Shown one piece after another: positions 51,875-64,000 of a DNA stretch of 64,000 nucleotides; the first letter of the stretch is position 1, and the number at the start of each line of letters is the position of its first letter. Origin of the DNA: Convolutriloba macropyga (taxonomy: Eukaryota). The notes under the pieces were generated by a model. The model ran no database searches and was not told where the DNA came from. It saw only the letters and a program-made list of their open reading frames with translations. The stretch spans positions 56,234,001 through 56,298,000 of the forward strand of contig NC_134471.1 of the NCBI RefSeq assembly GCF_964194025.1, in the 5' to 3' direction. The translations under genes and the position numbers were made by a program.

Positions 51875-53198
51875 GTGTGCGGTGTGAACCGTCAAGGAGA
51901 ACATTCTAGATTACATCGAGTATGCAAATTCTCTTCACAAGAACTTATAATTCACTCTTGAGACACCAAGCGGTATTGGAGATCTGGCATTTCTAGATCT
52001 AAACATAAACGTAAACAAAGATAGGAAAATCAGCTGTCATTGGTATCAAAAATCCACCGATACCGGCATAATCCTAAATTTCCGTAGTTGTGCAACGCTA
52101 CAACATAAGAAAAATGTGATTCATGGGACTGTGCATATGATTTTAATGCGACCAGTGACTTGCAATCCTTTGACGTAGCTCTCAAGAAAAATCATGAGAT
52201 TTGGACTGAACGTCACTATCCAACAGAGTGGTCCTCCAGTATTGTTAACGAGACATTGGATAACATAGTCACAAGGGAAAAAGTCACAGCAACCCCCCTC
52301 CCCCAAAATAAGACGACCAACTTCACAAAAGAATTATACGTCTCAACAATAAAGCGCCTAAACCTAGGTTTTTTTGTATAATACAGAGGAAATATTACTG
52401 AAAATTTTGCAATTAGACTGAAAAAAATTGTGTGATATTCAAATTATTTTCACAACAAGAAAACTAAGAACTGGCCTGCCCACCCTGAAATAATCGTTTG
52501 ATAAGAATCTGAAAACCCATGTGGTATATAAAGTTGCATGTAATGGATGCAGTTCCATCTATGTCGGCCAAACCAACCGACATGTTACCACTAGAGTTTC
52601 GGAGCATCAAAAGATGGATTCCCCAGATGGACAACACCTCATTGAATGTTGTGGTACAACGCATAATATTGAATGGTACAAACGAGGCGGGGTTGAAAAA
52701 CTAATGACAATAGGAGCGATCTACATTAAAAATCTGAAACAGCAATTAAATACGCACGATGAGTATCGGGGGGCGGGAATGGACTTTGAAATATTAACTC
52801 AAACGCAAAAAATTGACTTTTGAATTTCAAAAGTTGTGGTGCATATTCATCTTGTCAACCCCAACAAGTAAAAATAAAAACAGATAGATAGGAACGAAAG
52901 TAAAAATCCCTTTTCAGGAATAGAAAGCACTATACCCGGGATTTTCAAAAACTCCGGAATAAAAATTCAATTGATTTTAGTGTAATAGGTGTAAATAAAA
53001 TGTTGTAAATGTGATTTTAACTGTAAATAGTTTCAAAATTTTCGATGTTATTTTAACTCATTTCTTAGAAATAGAGTCAAAGACAAGTTTTTATACTTTT
53101 TAAATGATTTCATTCATTTTTTTAACCTGACGATGAACGCAATGTTGGAAAACGTTTGTTTTATAATCAATTTTAGTTTTAGTTGACAATTACTTCTC
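51875..53198 (+). mobile_element. 5'-truncated Penelope-like element (RT thumb, GIY-YIG, 3' UTR)
   Basis: TVKENILDYIEYANSLHKNL, LAFLDLN, VYKVACNGCSSIYVGQTNRHV. Same family as 44050-45797 but truncated just downstream of the YVDD position. Confidence 0.88.
53124..53160 (+). ncRNA. Minimal type-I hammerhead ribozyme remnant in the PLE 3' UTR
   Basis: aac-CTGACGA-t-GAAC gcaat GTTG-GAAA-ACGT-TT-gtt. Intact core, palindromic AACGTT stem III, one stem II mismatch. Confidence 0.6.
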
Positions 53199-53199
53199 T

Positions 53200-53640
53200 A
53201 CATCTTTAGCAAGGCATTTGACAGTGTAAACAGAAACCTCTTTTGGCAAAAACATGCTATTTTGGGATCAGAGGCCATTTACTGCGAACTTTTTTTTAAA
53301 CAAGTAAATTGAAAATATAACCAGGGGTTAAATATTACAAGTTTAAATTATATAAACTAGTCGTGCTTGTATTACTAATGCGCAATTCCCTAATTTGAAC
53401 GTTGGAATTGTTTCTGATCCGATTCTAACACACTCTGGCGTACTCCAGGGAAACTAGTTTTCTCCCTTTCTCTTTTCTCTATTTAGCTCGGACCTATCGG
53501 CTGAATTAGGGAAAGCTCACTGCTCAATTCTTTTCTTTTCTGACGATCTTGCTATCGGATCCTCTTTGATTGATAACGTAAAGAGAGCAATGGACGTATT
53601 AGCCCAATACTGCTATATTAATATTGTTTTTTTTTGGTAT
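53200..53640 (+). mobile_element. Decayed LINE RT fragment (duplicated at about 57948-58380)
   Basis: FSKAFDSVNR, SGVLQG and LFFSDDLAI remnants. Confidence 0.65.
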
Positions 53641-54066
53641 TACGAATTTTTCTGCGTTCAGAAATAGCCTTGCACATTGCTATTTAGTAGCATCGTCTCC
53701 CTCCTTGCTTTCTGCTTCTCCTATCGTGGAGCAGATCTTCTGACAATTTTGTTTGGAATAATTGTGAGAAACAGAAAGAAATAAGGTTCTGAAGCAAAAT
53801 CAGTCTTGAAATGAATGCTAATATGCCAGGTTGTCCATTCTTTTCCAACTTCAAAAATTTGTTAATTGAAAATTTGAACAAGAGTGAAACCTCAACAAAG
53901 TTTAGTGAATCTTTTCTTGTTTGATATCATTTCATGTTTACCGATGAGTTTGCTCAAACTTATTTCAATGATGATCTTGTTGTTGCCTTTATCATTTTGA
54001 CTTTTCCAATCGAACATTTCCCTTTAACCATTGGATTGAAATGTGGAACGAAATCAACTCTTGCCA

Positions 54067-54952
54067 CCCGGGTCGAGAAAAAAATGCAAAAATATGTAAG
54101 ATAAGCGGTGAAAAGTTAGTTTTTTCACCGCAAATTTCGTACGTAATTTAGCGGTGAAATGCGGTGAATGCGGTGAAATTATGTAAGTTCACCGCTAGAC
54201 TAAGCGGTGATCTTACAAAAAATCACCACAATTCACCGCTAAAATATGTAATTTCACCGCCCTTACAAGGGTCCGAACCTCTCACCTCCTGAATGGCATC
54301 CACTTCTTCTTCCACTGCGCCATCTCTCACTAAATTCTATTATATTTTGTTTGTATATAAATCGAATTCACTCTACTTTCTGCAAAACATGCGCGGTGAT
54401 TTTTTGTAAGATTTGCAATTTTTAGCGGTGAAATTACATATTTTAGCGGTGAATTGTGGTGAATTTTTGTAAGTTCACCGCTTACTCTAGTGGTGAAATT
54501 ACATAAATTCACCGCTTAGAAAAAAGTGTCAAAAAGATGTAAGATTAAGGGGTAGATTTAGTGGGAAGGCAAATCTAACAATTCCTCTCTCACTCACCAT
54601 TAATTTCATTGCATTCTTTGCTGATCTCAAACATCTGTAACAATTTTTTCTAAGCGGTGAATTTATGTAAGTTCACCACTAAGTTGAGCGGTGAATTTAT
54701 GTAATTTCACCGCATTCACCGCTTATCTTACATAATTTGGACATTTTTTTTCGAAGCGGTGAATTTATGTAATTTCACCGCTAAATTCAGCGGTGAAATT
54801 ATGTAATTTCAGCGCTACCAGGTGATAAAGTTTTTTTCACCGCATTCACCGCCTGATTTATGTAATTTCACCGCATTCACCGCTTATCTTACAAAAATTT
54901 CCGCATATCTTACATAATTTTGCGTTGAATGGCGGTGACACCTCGACCCGGG
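54067..54952. mobile_element. 886-bp non-autonomous DNA transposon, CMC/EnSpm-like
   Basis: Perfect 11-bp TIRs CCCGGGTCGAG / CTCGACCCGGG with a 2-bp TSD (CA). The empty site ttgcCActgatt is present at 58811-58822. Interior is packed with GCGGTGAA/TTCACCGC motifs. Confidence 0.9.
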
Positions 54953-55897
54953 CACTGATTGGAACGCATATACCGAACCCTATGTCCTGAATTATAATTC
55001 CTACAGTAGGACACTGTCTATAGATTCGAAAGAACTCGAACGATGAATGTATGATCCGATCGAAAAGCAGTTCTCTGATCAATTAACAACCAATCAACAT
55101 GGATTTGTGAAAAAGCGATCCGTTTTGTCGAACATGCTCTGCTTCTTGAACGACGTTCAAGTTGCGTTGGAAGGAACCCAAATTCGGTGTATTCCTTATA
55201 CACCGACTTCTCAAAAGCATTCGATAAGATCCCGCATGCTGATCGTGTTCCCTCTGTCTTAAAATCAGCTCATCTCTACAGAACCGACAACAAAAGACTT
55301 GATGGTTTGACTCTTGTACTGGCGCCCAGTCTTTTGACTGGTTGCTCCGTTGGTGATCTTGGAATTGATGCAGCGAAGCCGAGGAGAGAAAGAATAACAA
55401 GTAAAAAGGTCTTGTTGAAAATGGTTACATGTTTCACACTTTAGCGTTTGAAGTTCAAAGGTCTGCGGGATTGTCTAGAGAGGAGTTTTTAAAAGACCTA
55501 TGCGAAACTTTCTCCATTTCGGTTAATGAGGCTAGAGCTGGCTGTTTTGTGAAACAGAATCCCCTTGCAATCAAAATAGCTAATGTTGCTTGTATATTGG
55601 GTACTGTTAACAACAAAACCACATTTGAAAAGATTTTTATTTGTAATGGTTTTCTAAAAAATGTGTTTTCAGCTGATGTTCGTAGCGCAGCTGTTTTTTC
55701 GGCTTTTCGCCTGCTACTCAACTTATCTTGTTTAACGTTGAAATTCTTCTATGTTGTTGAATTCATTCTTTTGAATTGTTGAGCATGCCCGGGTTTTCCT
55801 AATGACCGGTCTTTTTGATCAACTGGAGTGCCTGGTTCTCCTAATGATACTTTTTAGGCAGTCTGATTTAACAGTCTAAGCAGTAAAATTGCATAAT

Positions 55898-56148
55898 TCG
55901 TTGACCTAACATCTTTGCTTTATCTACCAGTATTCAAAATGGCTTCAAAAAGTGCAACGCTGAGTGCAGTCATGAAGTCAACGAATAATGATGCATCAGT
56001 GAATGAACTGATCGAAATCTTGTTCGTTGACCTAACATCTTTGCTTTATCTACCAGTATTCAAAATGGCTTCAAAAAGTGCAACGCTGAGTGCAGTCATG
56101 AAGTCAACGAATTATGATGCATCAGTGAATGAACTGATCGAAATCTTG
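55898..56148 (+). repeat. 126-bp tandem duplication within a LINE-ORF1-like fragment
   Basis: TTCGTTGACCTAACATC...GAAATCTTG occurs twice; it is single in the sister unit at about 51280. Confidence 0.9.
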
Positions 56149-56619
56149 TTAGATACAACCCAGAAGGACCAGCAAATATCTCAACTCGAAAAAAAAAGAT
56201 GCGTCAAATGACCATCAAAGTCAATGTTTTGGAGCGATACGAATCTAAAACTGCTAGAAACTCCATAACTGAGCTTCCGTTCAGGACAACATCAAAAGTT
56301 TAATGGCACTATTTTGTAGCCTTCTTTAATGTCAATAACATATGCACATGGCGTTTTGTATATAGATGTGAAAATTGTATTCTGATCCAAACAATATTAA
56401 GGGAATTGCATTTACTACATGTGTCATGAAAGTGCACACTGGTATAATTACTTATCGGTTCTGCAAATGAGTAGAAACACGGTATATAATACCAAACTCA
56501 CAACACGGTTTTCGCAAAAACAGATCAACCTTAACAGCTGCTACCCAGATCAAATCAAAGATAGAAAATGGTTTAGCTTCAGTTGGAAGGTAATATGTTG
56601 TTTTGTTGACTTTAGCAAT

Positions 56620-57946
56620 GTGTGTGGTGTGAACCGTCAAGAAGAACATTCTAGATTACATTGAGTATGCAAATTCTCTTCACAAGAAGTTACAATTCAC
56701 TCTTGAGACACCAAGCGGTATTGGAGATCTGGCATTTCTAGATCTAAACATAAACGTAAACAAAGATAGGAAAATCAGCTGTCATTGGTATCAAAAATCC
56801 ACCGATACCGGCATAATCCTAAATTTCCGTAGTTGTGCAACGCTACAACATAAGAAAAATGTGATTCATGGGACTGTGCATAGGATTTTATTGCGACCAG
56901 TGACTTGCAATCCTTTGATGTAGCTCTCAAGAAAAATCATGAGATTTGGACTGAACGTCACTATCCAACAGAGTGGTCCTCCAGTATTGTTAACGAGACA
57001 TTGGATAACATAGTCACGAGGGAAAAGGTCACAGCAACCCCCCTCCCCCAAAATAAGACGACCAACATCACAAAAGAATTATAAGTCTCAACAATAAAGC
57101 GTCGAAACCTAGGTTTTTTTGTATAATACAGAGCAAAAATTACTGAAAATTTTGCAATTAGACTGAAAAAAATTGTGTGATATTCAAATTATTTTCACAA
57201 CAAGAAAGCTAAGAACTGGCCTGCCCACCCTGAAATAATCGTTTGATAAGAATCTGAAAACCCATGTGGTATATAAAGTTACATGAAATGGATGCAGTTC
57301 CATCTATGTCGGCCAAACCAACCGACAAGTTACCACTAGAGTTTCGGAGCATCAAAAGATGGATTCCCCAGATGGACAACACCTCATTGAATGTTGTGGT
57401 ACAACGCATAATATTGAATGGTACAAACGAGGCGGGGATGAAAAACTAATGACAATAGGAGCGATCTACATTAAAAATCTGAAACAGCAATTAAATACGC
57501 ACGATGAGTATCGGGGGGCGGGAATGGACTTTGAAATATTAACTCAAACGCAAAAAATTGACTTTTGAATTTCAAAAGTTGTTGTGGTGCATATTAATCT
57601 TGTCAACCCCAACAAGTAAAAATAAAAACAGATAGATAGGAACGAAAGTAAAAATCCCTTTTCAGGAATAGAAAGCACTATACCCGGGATTTTCAAAAAC
57701 TCCGGAATAAAAATTCAATTGATTTTAGTGTAATAGGTGTAAATAAAATGTTGTAAATGTGATTTTAACTGTAAATAGTTTCAAAATTTTCGATGTTATT
57801 TTAACTCATTTCTTAGAAATAGAGTCAAAGACAAGTTTTTATACTTTTTAAATGATTTCATTCATTTTTTTAACCTGACGATGAACGCAATGTTGGAAAA
57901 CGTTTGTTTTATAATCAATTTTAGTTTTAGTTGACAATTACTTCTC
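56620..57946 (+). mobile_element. Duplicate of the truncated Penelope-like element
   Basis: Near-identical to 51875-53198. Confidence 0.88.
57872..57908 (+). ncRNA. Hammerhead ribozyme remnant (duplicate)
   Basis: Identical to 53124-53160. Confidence 0.6.
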
Positions 57947-58814
57947 TACATCTTTAGCAAGGCATTTGACAGTGTAAACAGAAACCTCTTTTGGCAAAAA
58001 CATGCTATTTTGGGATCAGAGGCCATTTACTGCGAACTTTTTTTTAAACAAGTAAATTGAAAATATAACCAGGGGTTAAATATTACAAGTTTAAATTATA
58101 TAAACTAGTCGTGCTTGTATTACTAATGCGCAATTCCCTAATTTGAACGTTGGAATTGTTTCTGATCCGATTCTAACACACTCTGGCGTACTCCAGGGAA
58201 ACTAGTTTTCTCCCTTTCTCTTTTCTCTATTTAGCTCGGACCTATCGGCTGAATTAGGGAAAGCTCACTGCTCAATTCTTTTCTATTCTGACGATCTTGC
58301 TATCGGATCCTCTTTGATTGATAACGTAAAGAGAGCAATGGACGTATTAGCCCAATACTGCTATATTAATATTGTTTCTTTTTTTGGTATTACGAATTTT
58401 TCTGCGTTCAGAAATAGCCTTGCACATTGCTATTTAGTAGCATCGTCTCCCTCCTTGCTTTCTGCTTCTCCTATCGTGGAGCAGATCTTCTGACAATTTT
58501 GTTTGGAATAATTGTGAGAAACAGAAAGAAATAAGGTTCTGAAGCAAAATCAGTCTTGAAATGAATGCTAATATGCCAGGTTGTCCATTCTTTTCCAACT
58601 TCAAAAATTTGTTAATTGAAAATTTGAACAAGAGTGAAACCTCAACAAAGTTTAGTGAATCTTTTCTTGTTTGATATCATTTCATGTTTACCGATGAGTT
58701 TGCTCAAACTTATTTCAATGATGATCTTGTTGTTGCCTTTATCATTTTGACTTTTCCAATCGAACATTTCCCTTTAACCATTGGATTGAAATGTGGAACG
58801 AAATCAACTCTTGC

Positions 58815-60257
58815 CACTGATTGGAACGCATATACCGAACCCTATGTCCTGAATTATAATTCCTACAGTAGAACACTGTCTATAGTTTCGAAAGAACTCG
58901 AACGATGAATGTATGATCCGATCGAAAAGCAGTTCTCTGATCAATTAACAACCAGTCAACATGGATTTGTGAAAAAGCGATCCGTCTTGTCGAACATGCT
59001 CTGCTTCTTGAACGACGTTCAAGTTGCGTTGGAAGGACCCCAAATTCGGTGTATTCCTTATACACCGACTTCTCAAAAGCATTCGATAAGGTCCCGCATG
59101 CTGAATTGTTGATCAAAGTAAGGAGAATTGGAGTGGGCGGGTGTGTACTTAGTCTTCTCAAGGACTATTTATGTAACCGTAAACAGTTCGTAAGATGTGA
59201 TGGTGTCAGGTCGGACCTTCTGTAGTGTATCAAGTGTTGTTCCGCAGGGGTCCATTTTGGGCCCCTTACTCTTCTGCATCTTCATAAATGATTTGCCAAC
59301 TTCCTTGATATCCAGCACCCCATATCTGTATGCGAATGACGGAAAGTTCTTGTTTATTGACAAAAGTAACCAAGAAATTCAAAAAGAAGTTGACAGAATC
59401 TCACTTTGGGTATCCAGGAACAGAATGTCACTTGCCTCTGAAAAATGTTGTTATATAGCATTTAAGGGACAGTCCCTCAGCTCTACGATGAATAACACTA
59501 CATTAGAGCAATCCACAAAGGTGACTGACTTGGGAGTGCAGCTTACAGGTTCCCTGAAAGCGGCAAAGCACCTCGAGTCTAGGCTTGCGAAAGCTAATCG
59601 AACTTTTAGTTTTCTGAAGAGAGATTTATCGAAGAATATGGAAACGAGAGTGAAAATTTGTGCTTACAAATCTGTAATTCTGCCCTTGATTACTTTTGCT
59701 TCAAGCACTTGGCACCCATTGCGTGGAAGTATGAGACCAATGGAATGCTTTCAAAAACAAAAACGTGCGTTAAAGTGGATAACGGGCCATAGGATTGCGT
59801 CGTACTTTGAAAACATGTTATCCCTAAGATTACTTCCGCTTCCTATGTTTTTGCAACTCAATGATTTACTTCTATTGTCTAAACTGTACCATGATAAAGA
59901 GAACGCACTTCCATTGATAGAAACCTATGAACACCAATATGGTAGAGTTAAAAGCAGGTTATTCAAAATTCCAAAACTGAGAACCGAGAAATTCAGAGAA
60001 CTTTTACTTTCGAACTGCCAAAGTTGCCAACAATCTGCCTGAAGAGATAGACTTTTCCCAGCCTTTGGGACTCAAAAGACGTATTCTCTCATTCATGTGG
60101 GACCGTCTGATGTTGAACTTCAACGAAAGAGTAGCGTGTACATGGACCATTTTCTGTGATTGCTCCGATTGCAGAAAATAGTGGAATCAAGACCAAAATT
60201 TCTATGGGAGCAGTCCCCTCGGCTTGATGCCGAAAAGTAACAACAACAACAACAACA
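58815..60257 (+). mobile_element. 5'-truncated CR1-like LINE with a (CAA)n tail
   Basis: QHGFVKKRS, YTDFSKAFDK, VPQGSILGPLLFCIFINDL, YANDGK, LLPLPMFLQLND, ACTWTIFCDCSDC; tail at 60239-60257. Confidence 0.9.
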
Positions 60258-60906
60258 TACCGGAGGTTGGCGACATTACACTTTTGTTTCATGTATCATT
60301 AATTCAGATAGTATAGCATACTTATATCTCACGCTCCCGTTAATCCATCTCAACAGTTTCTAATGAAGGTTTCGTTAACAAAGAGCTTGCATGTTGAAGC
60401 TCTGAACAATTTGAAGCAAATTAGTAACAAGGGAATAATTATAGCCCAATGAAGATGAGCTTTATTTTTATGAATTTTATTTTTTCATGGATAAAAAAAT
60501 TTCAGATGCCTTTTTACGACGCTAATCCATATTTTTAAGGAGGACGAAACTGTTTCTGTGTTTCTTGAATACGATAAGCGGTATTGAATCATCACTTCTG
60601 CAATTAGGGTTGCTCAGTAACCGCAATTCATTCTTTAATTCTAATTTTGGGGGATCAAGGATGTCGAATGAATGATATGCACTGAGCTTGAAAACTTGCT
60701 CGCCGCTGTTGAAAAATAACTGTTAAACAATTCAGCTAGTTTATCACTTCTGTCTTGAAATTTTTTTGATTCCATGACTGGCGGTCATTTATCATTCTTG
60801 AGATTTTTTTGGTTACTTGAAAAAAAGAACTTCAGTCACTGGTAGCAAACAAAAACTGTTTCTGCTCAAATCTGTTTGTGCTTTGCGTTCTCTCGCGCCC
60901 CTATAT

Positions 60907-62870
60907 TTTTTGTTGTTGTTGGGGATTTACAGTTTTCACTGAGGGGATTTTCGTCTCAGTCGTCGTCTTAGAAAATTGTCCTATTGTTTCTGCAGATCTG
61001 ACAGTCACAGCATAGATGCCAGCTACAGATGTTATTTTTGTCGAATCGCTCGTTTACAAACTTCCACATGAAAATTAAAACTCGATTTTTAAGGCCTTTT
61101 TTCGTATTAAATTCAATGTATTTTTCTATTCGATTTGCCAGTCTGCATGTACAGAAAAAGAAATCATTTCTAGCCTTTTCAGTTCTGGTTTTCGGGAGCT
61201 TGAATAATTCATTTGTTCTCCCTTTTTCTGAATTTTGTTTCAGCATTGGTAAAAAGCTATCGTCTTCTGTCAATTTCGATAAAAGTAGAATGTCATTTAG
61301 TTGCATGAACATTGGTAGTGGTAGTATGTTAAGAAGTCTCAGTTGATTTGGATACGGCATGACTTTTTGTCCAAGGATCCATTTGACTACTTTCTTTTGA
61401 AATCTTTCAAGCTGTTGTAGCTCACCTCGGTTCGGATTTGTGCATGCAGAGCCATATAAGAGTACTGGCAAAATTAGTGACTTGAAGAGTCCGAGCTCGA
61501 TCTCTTGTCTTACTTGAAGAGCTATGTTTCGTCGAAGTAGGTAGAGTACTTTGTTCGGTTTTTCAGTCGTTCTTCGATGTGTGTCTTCCACGTCAGGTCA
61601 TGGGAAACATAGATGCCGAGATCTTTGATGACTTTGGATGACTCTAGTTTAGTGCCCATAAGCTCGTAATTTTGTGTTTGTCCTCTTATGCTCAGCTTTG
61701 CACATTTGTCCATGGCTAATTTCATTTTATTTTCGTTTACCCACTGTTCAATACCATTGAGATCGTTTTGAACTTGTCAAAACGTTTTCTTCACTGCGAG
61801 AATTTTTAGGTCATCCGCGAAGATAAATGGGTCAGAGAAAACTAACACATCAGGTAGGTCATTGATGAATATGCAAAACAGGAGTGGACCGAGAAGAGAA
61901 ACTTGGGGTACCCCACATGTTACATCTAAAGTTTCCGATCTTGTGTTGTCTACCCGAACGAATTGTTTCCTATTGTCTAAGTAGTCAATGATAATTTCTA
62001 ATAGGCAACCTCCCACTCCAATATTTGCAACTTTTTGTACAAGCTCAAAATGCGGCACTTTGTCGAAAGCTTTGGAGAAATCTGTGTAGAATGCTACAAT
62101 TTCGGTGCTTGATTCGTTATCGAGTGCGTCGTGAACTGATTTCAAGAAGGATAGCATATTTGTATTTGAGCGTTTTTTAACAAATCCATGTTGGTGTTCT
62201 GTTAGGAATTTTTCGAAGTGAGCGTATAAAGCTGAACAAATGCATTTCTCAAAAACTTTACTGTCAATGTCTAAAAGAGAGACTGGTCGGTAATTTTCTA
62301 CTTTCCGTCTGTCATCTTTTTTGTAGATTGGTGTCACAGCTGCAATTTTCCAGGAGTTTGGGATTTTTCTCAGTCGTTTTATCTGCTTGAAAAGTACATT
62401 TAAATTCTTAATTGTTTCGCGTGCTGTACGTTGGAAAAATGCAGGCGGTATGCCATTTGGGCCTCGCGACTTTGTGGCATCTAGCGAAAGAAGTATTTCG
62501 TAGATTGCTTTCTTTGAGATTTCTAAGTTTGTAATTTCAGGATTTCTCAATTTTACATCTTGTATACTGAAAGGAATTATGGGTGAGAACACTGAGTGAA
62601 AGAACTCGTTCATCATGTTGACTTGCTCTTGCATTTTTGTGCTCTGTTGATTTTCTTTGATTAGTAATTTTGGAAGGCTGGGTGATTTTTTCAGGCTTTT
62701 CAAGTGTTTGAAGATTGTACCGGTATTTCTTGCACGCATGATTTTCTCCTGATATTCAATCCTGTCCAGTTCCGATGATTCTATCAATTGGTTTTCAAGT
62801 TTAAGAACTTCTTGTTTTCGATAACTAGTGGGTTTTTCGGATAAGAGTCGTTTTTGGGTTTGTAGTCTCA
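60907..62870 (-). mobile_element. CR1-like LINE (RT plus C-terminal region), lightly decayed, (CAA)n tail
   Basis: ORF 61777-62787: NYRPVSLL, QHGF, YTDFSKAFDKV, GVPQ.SLLGPLLF, FADDLK. ORF 60968-61591 ends NICSWHLCCDCQIC. tgttgttgtt tail at about 60911. Confidence 0.92.
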
Positions 62871-62899
62871 GTCCACTAAGTCTGAGTGACTCCCGGCTC

Positions 62900-63850
62900 T
62901 ACAATTTCATAACTTTTCCTCTATTTGTTCGGAATTTGTTTAGAAAATAAATTGTTGTTGGGGTCGCCAACGTGTGAGGAATTGTCTATTTTTTGTACAC
63001 CTTAAGACAAGTCTTTCAATTGCCCAAAATTCCATTCAAACTATAGATTTTTACTCACATCAACATTTCCGAAGCAATAAGTCTCGAAGGGATTCTCAAT
63101 GGTGTCCATATATTTTGTCGAAATTACATCTGCAAATAATGAATTATCTTGATGGAGCTTTCTTTAAAGTTTTTCCGCTAACTGATGAGTCAAGATCATT
63201 TGGGATGCAATCCAAAAAATGGAAAGGTATCACACATCTTCACATTCAGGACTATTGAGTCATTATCGCTAAGATCAAGATCAGGGAAGTTGATTTGATT
63301 ATGTTGAAGCTGACAAATTACTTTATGTTGAAGTTAATTAGAAGGGAAGCAAATTTATTTTCATAATGAATTCTGTATTCCTGGTTCGCCATCTGTGTGT
63401 GGCATACTAAATTCAGCTGTTAACATTAGGTTTGCCATATACTCTGCCCCAGAAACTTGCAGAGCTTCTGAAAATCATCCTGCAATGATTGATATTGGCT
63501 ACCCGTTGTTGGGTTGTAGTTTTGAGTTTGATGATGCTTAAATAACTATGAACTGAAACGGGAAGTTCTGTGACATTAATGTTTTTATTTTCATTCTTGA
63601 TAGCAATTAGTACGCAACCATGGTCTAATAAAAATTTCACGGCTGCTCTGTCCGCTCATATTACAGTGAAATCAAAAAGAAATGACTGTATTTTTTTAAA
63701 TCTTTTCTGAAACATTTCTCCATTGAAAGTAAGACATCAATTTGGCAGCTGTATGCACAACCGTCGTGGAGTCTTTTATATTCAAGTCGATAAGGCTTCT
63801 CATATTGTACAGTAATGCTTTAATTCATGTTAGTTTATTATCAGTTGCTG
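62900..63850 (-). mobile_element. Decayed LINE APE endonuclease region
   Basis: Minus-strand remnants RALLYNMRSL, HGCVLIAIK and INFPD. Confidence 0.65.
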
Positions 63851-64000
63851 TGGATTGCTCAAAATTGGTGTTCTTTCGAAGTTTTAAACATGCAGTTGCA
63901 ACGCTGAGCCTCAAATTGTATATCGGTATTTAGAAGAATTGTCACTGTCCTTGTTTTCTGCTTTTTTAAGTGTGTTTTGGAAAAATTGTGAGAAACACTT

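Larger units (their letters stand above)
50617..59100. repeat. Recent tandem segmental duplication (50617-55238 vs 55239-59100) of a mixed TE block
   Basis: Near-identical ORF pairs (50811/55429, 52464/57209, 53684/58434). The length difference is explained by an 886-bp insertion in unit 1 and a 126-bp duplication in unit 2. Confidence 0.92.

Noticed and set aside
54067-54952. CRISPR-like or iteron-like repeat array
   Set aside because: Motifs are short, in both orientations, without unique regular spacers, and bounded by TIRs and a TSD in eukaryotic DNA.

Overview
AT-rich eukaryotic (animal-type) genomic DNA with spliceosomal introns. Four host genes can be supported, all on the minus strand. 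Two are tandem METTL7/TMT1-like thiol methyltransferase paralogs: copy B is complete (5 exons, 32370 to 17348, 264 aa) and copy A has exons 1-3 (4581 to 46) and runs off the left edge. The other two are an adjacent pair with intronless coding regions, MOB1 (40711-40058) and a short RPS10 (39533-39180). Each of the four start codons lies 4-27 nt downstream of a splice-acceptor-like AG, which hints at spliced-leader trans-splicing or an operon. Most of the rest is transposon-derived. The left half holds two DINE-1/Helentron-like non-autonomous families, a decayed BEL/Pao element, a Mutator remnant and an intronic LINE. From about 40.9 kb to the end is a dense nest of CR1/L2-type LINEs, a CRE-clade element, Penelope-like elements (PLEs) with hammerhead-ribozyme remnants and a CMC/EnSpm-like MITE, reshaped by tandem duplications. 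The most unusual observation is a Penelope reverse transcriptase with a PHD-type zinc finger inserted in frame between RT motifs B' and C (45443-45589). All calls come from manual reading and motif recognition; no database search was run.
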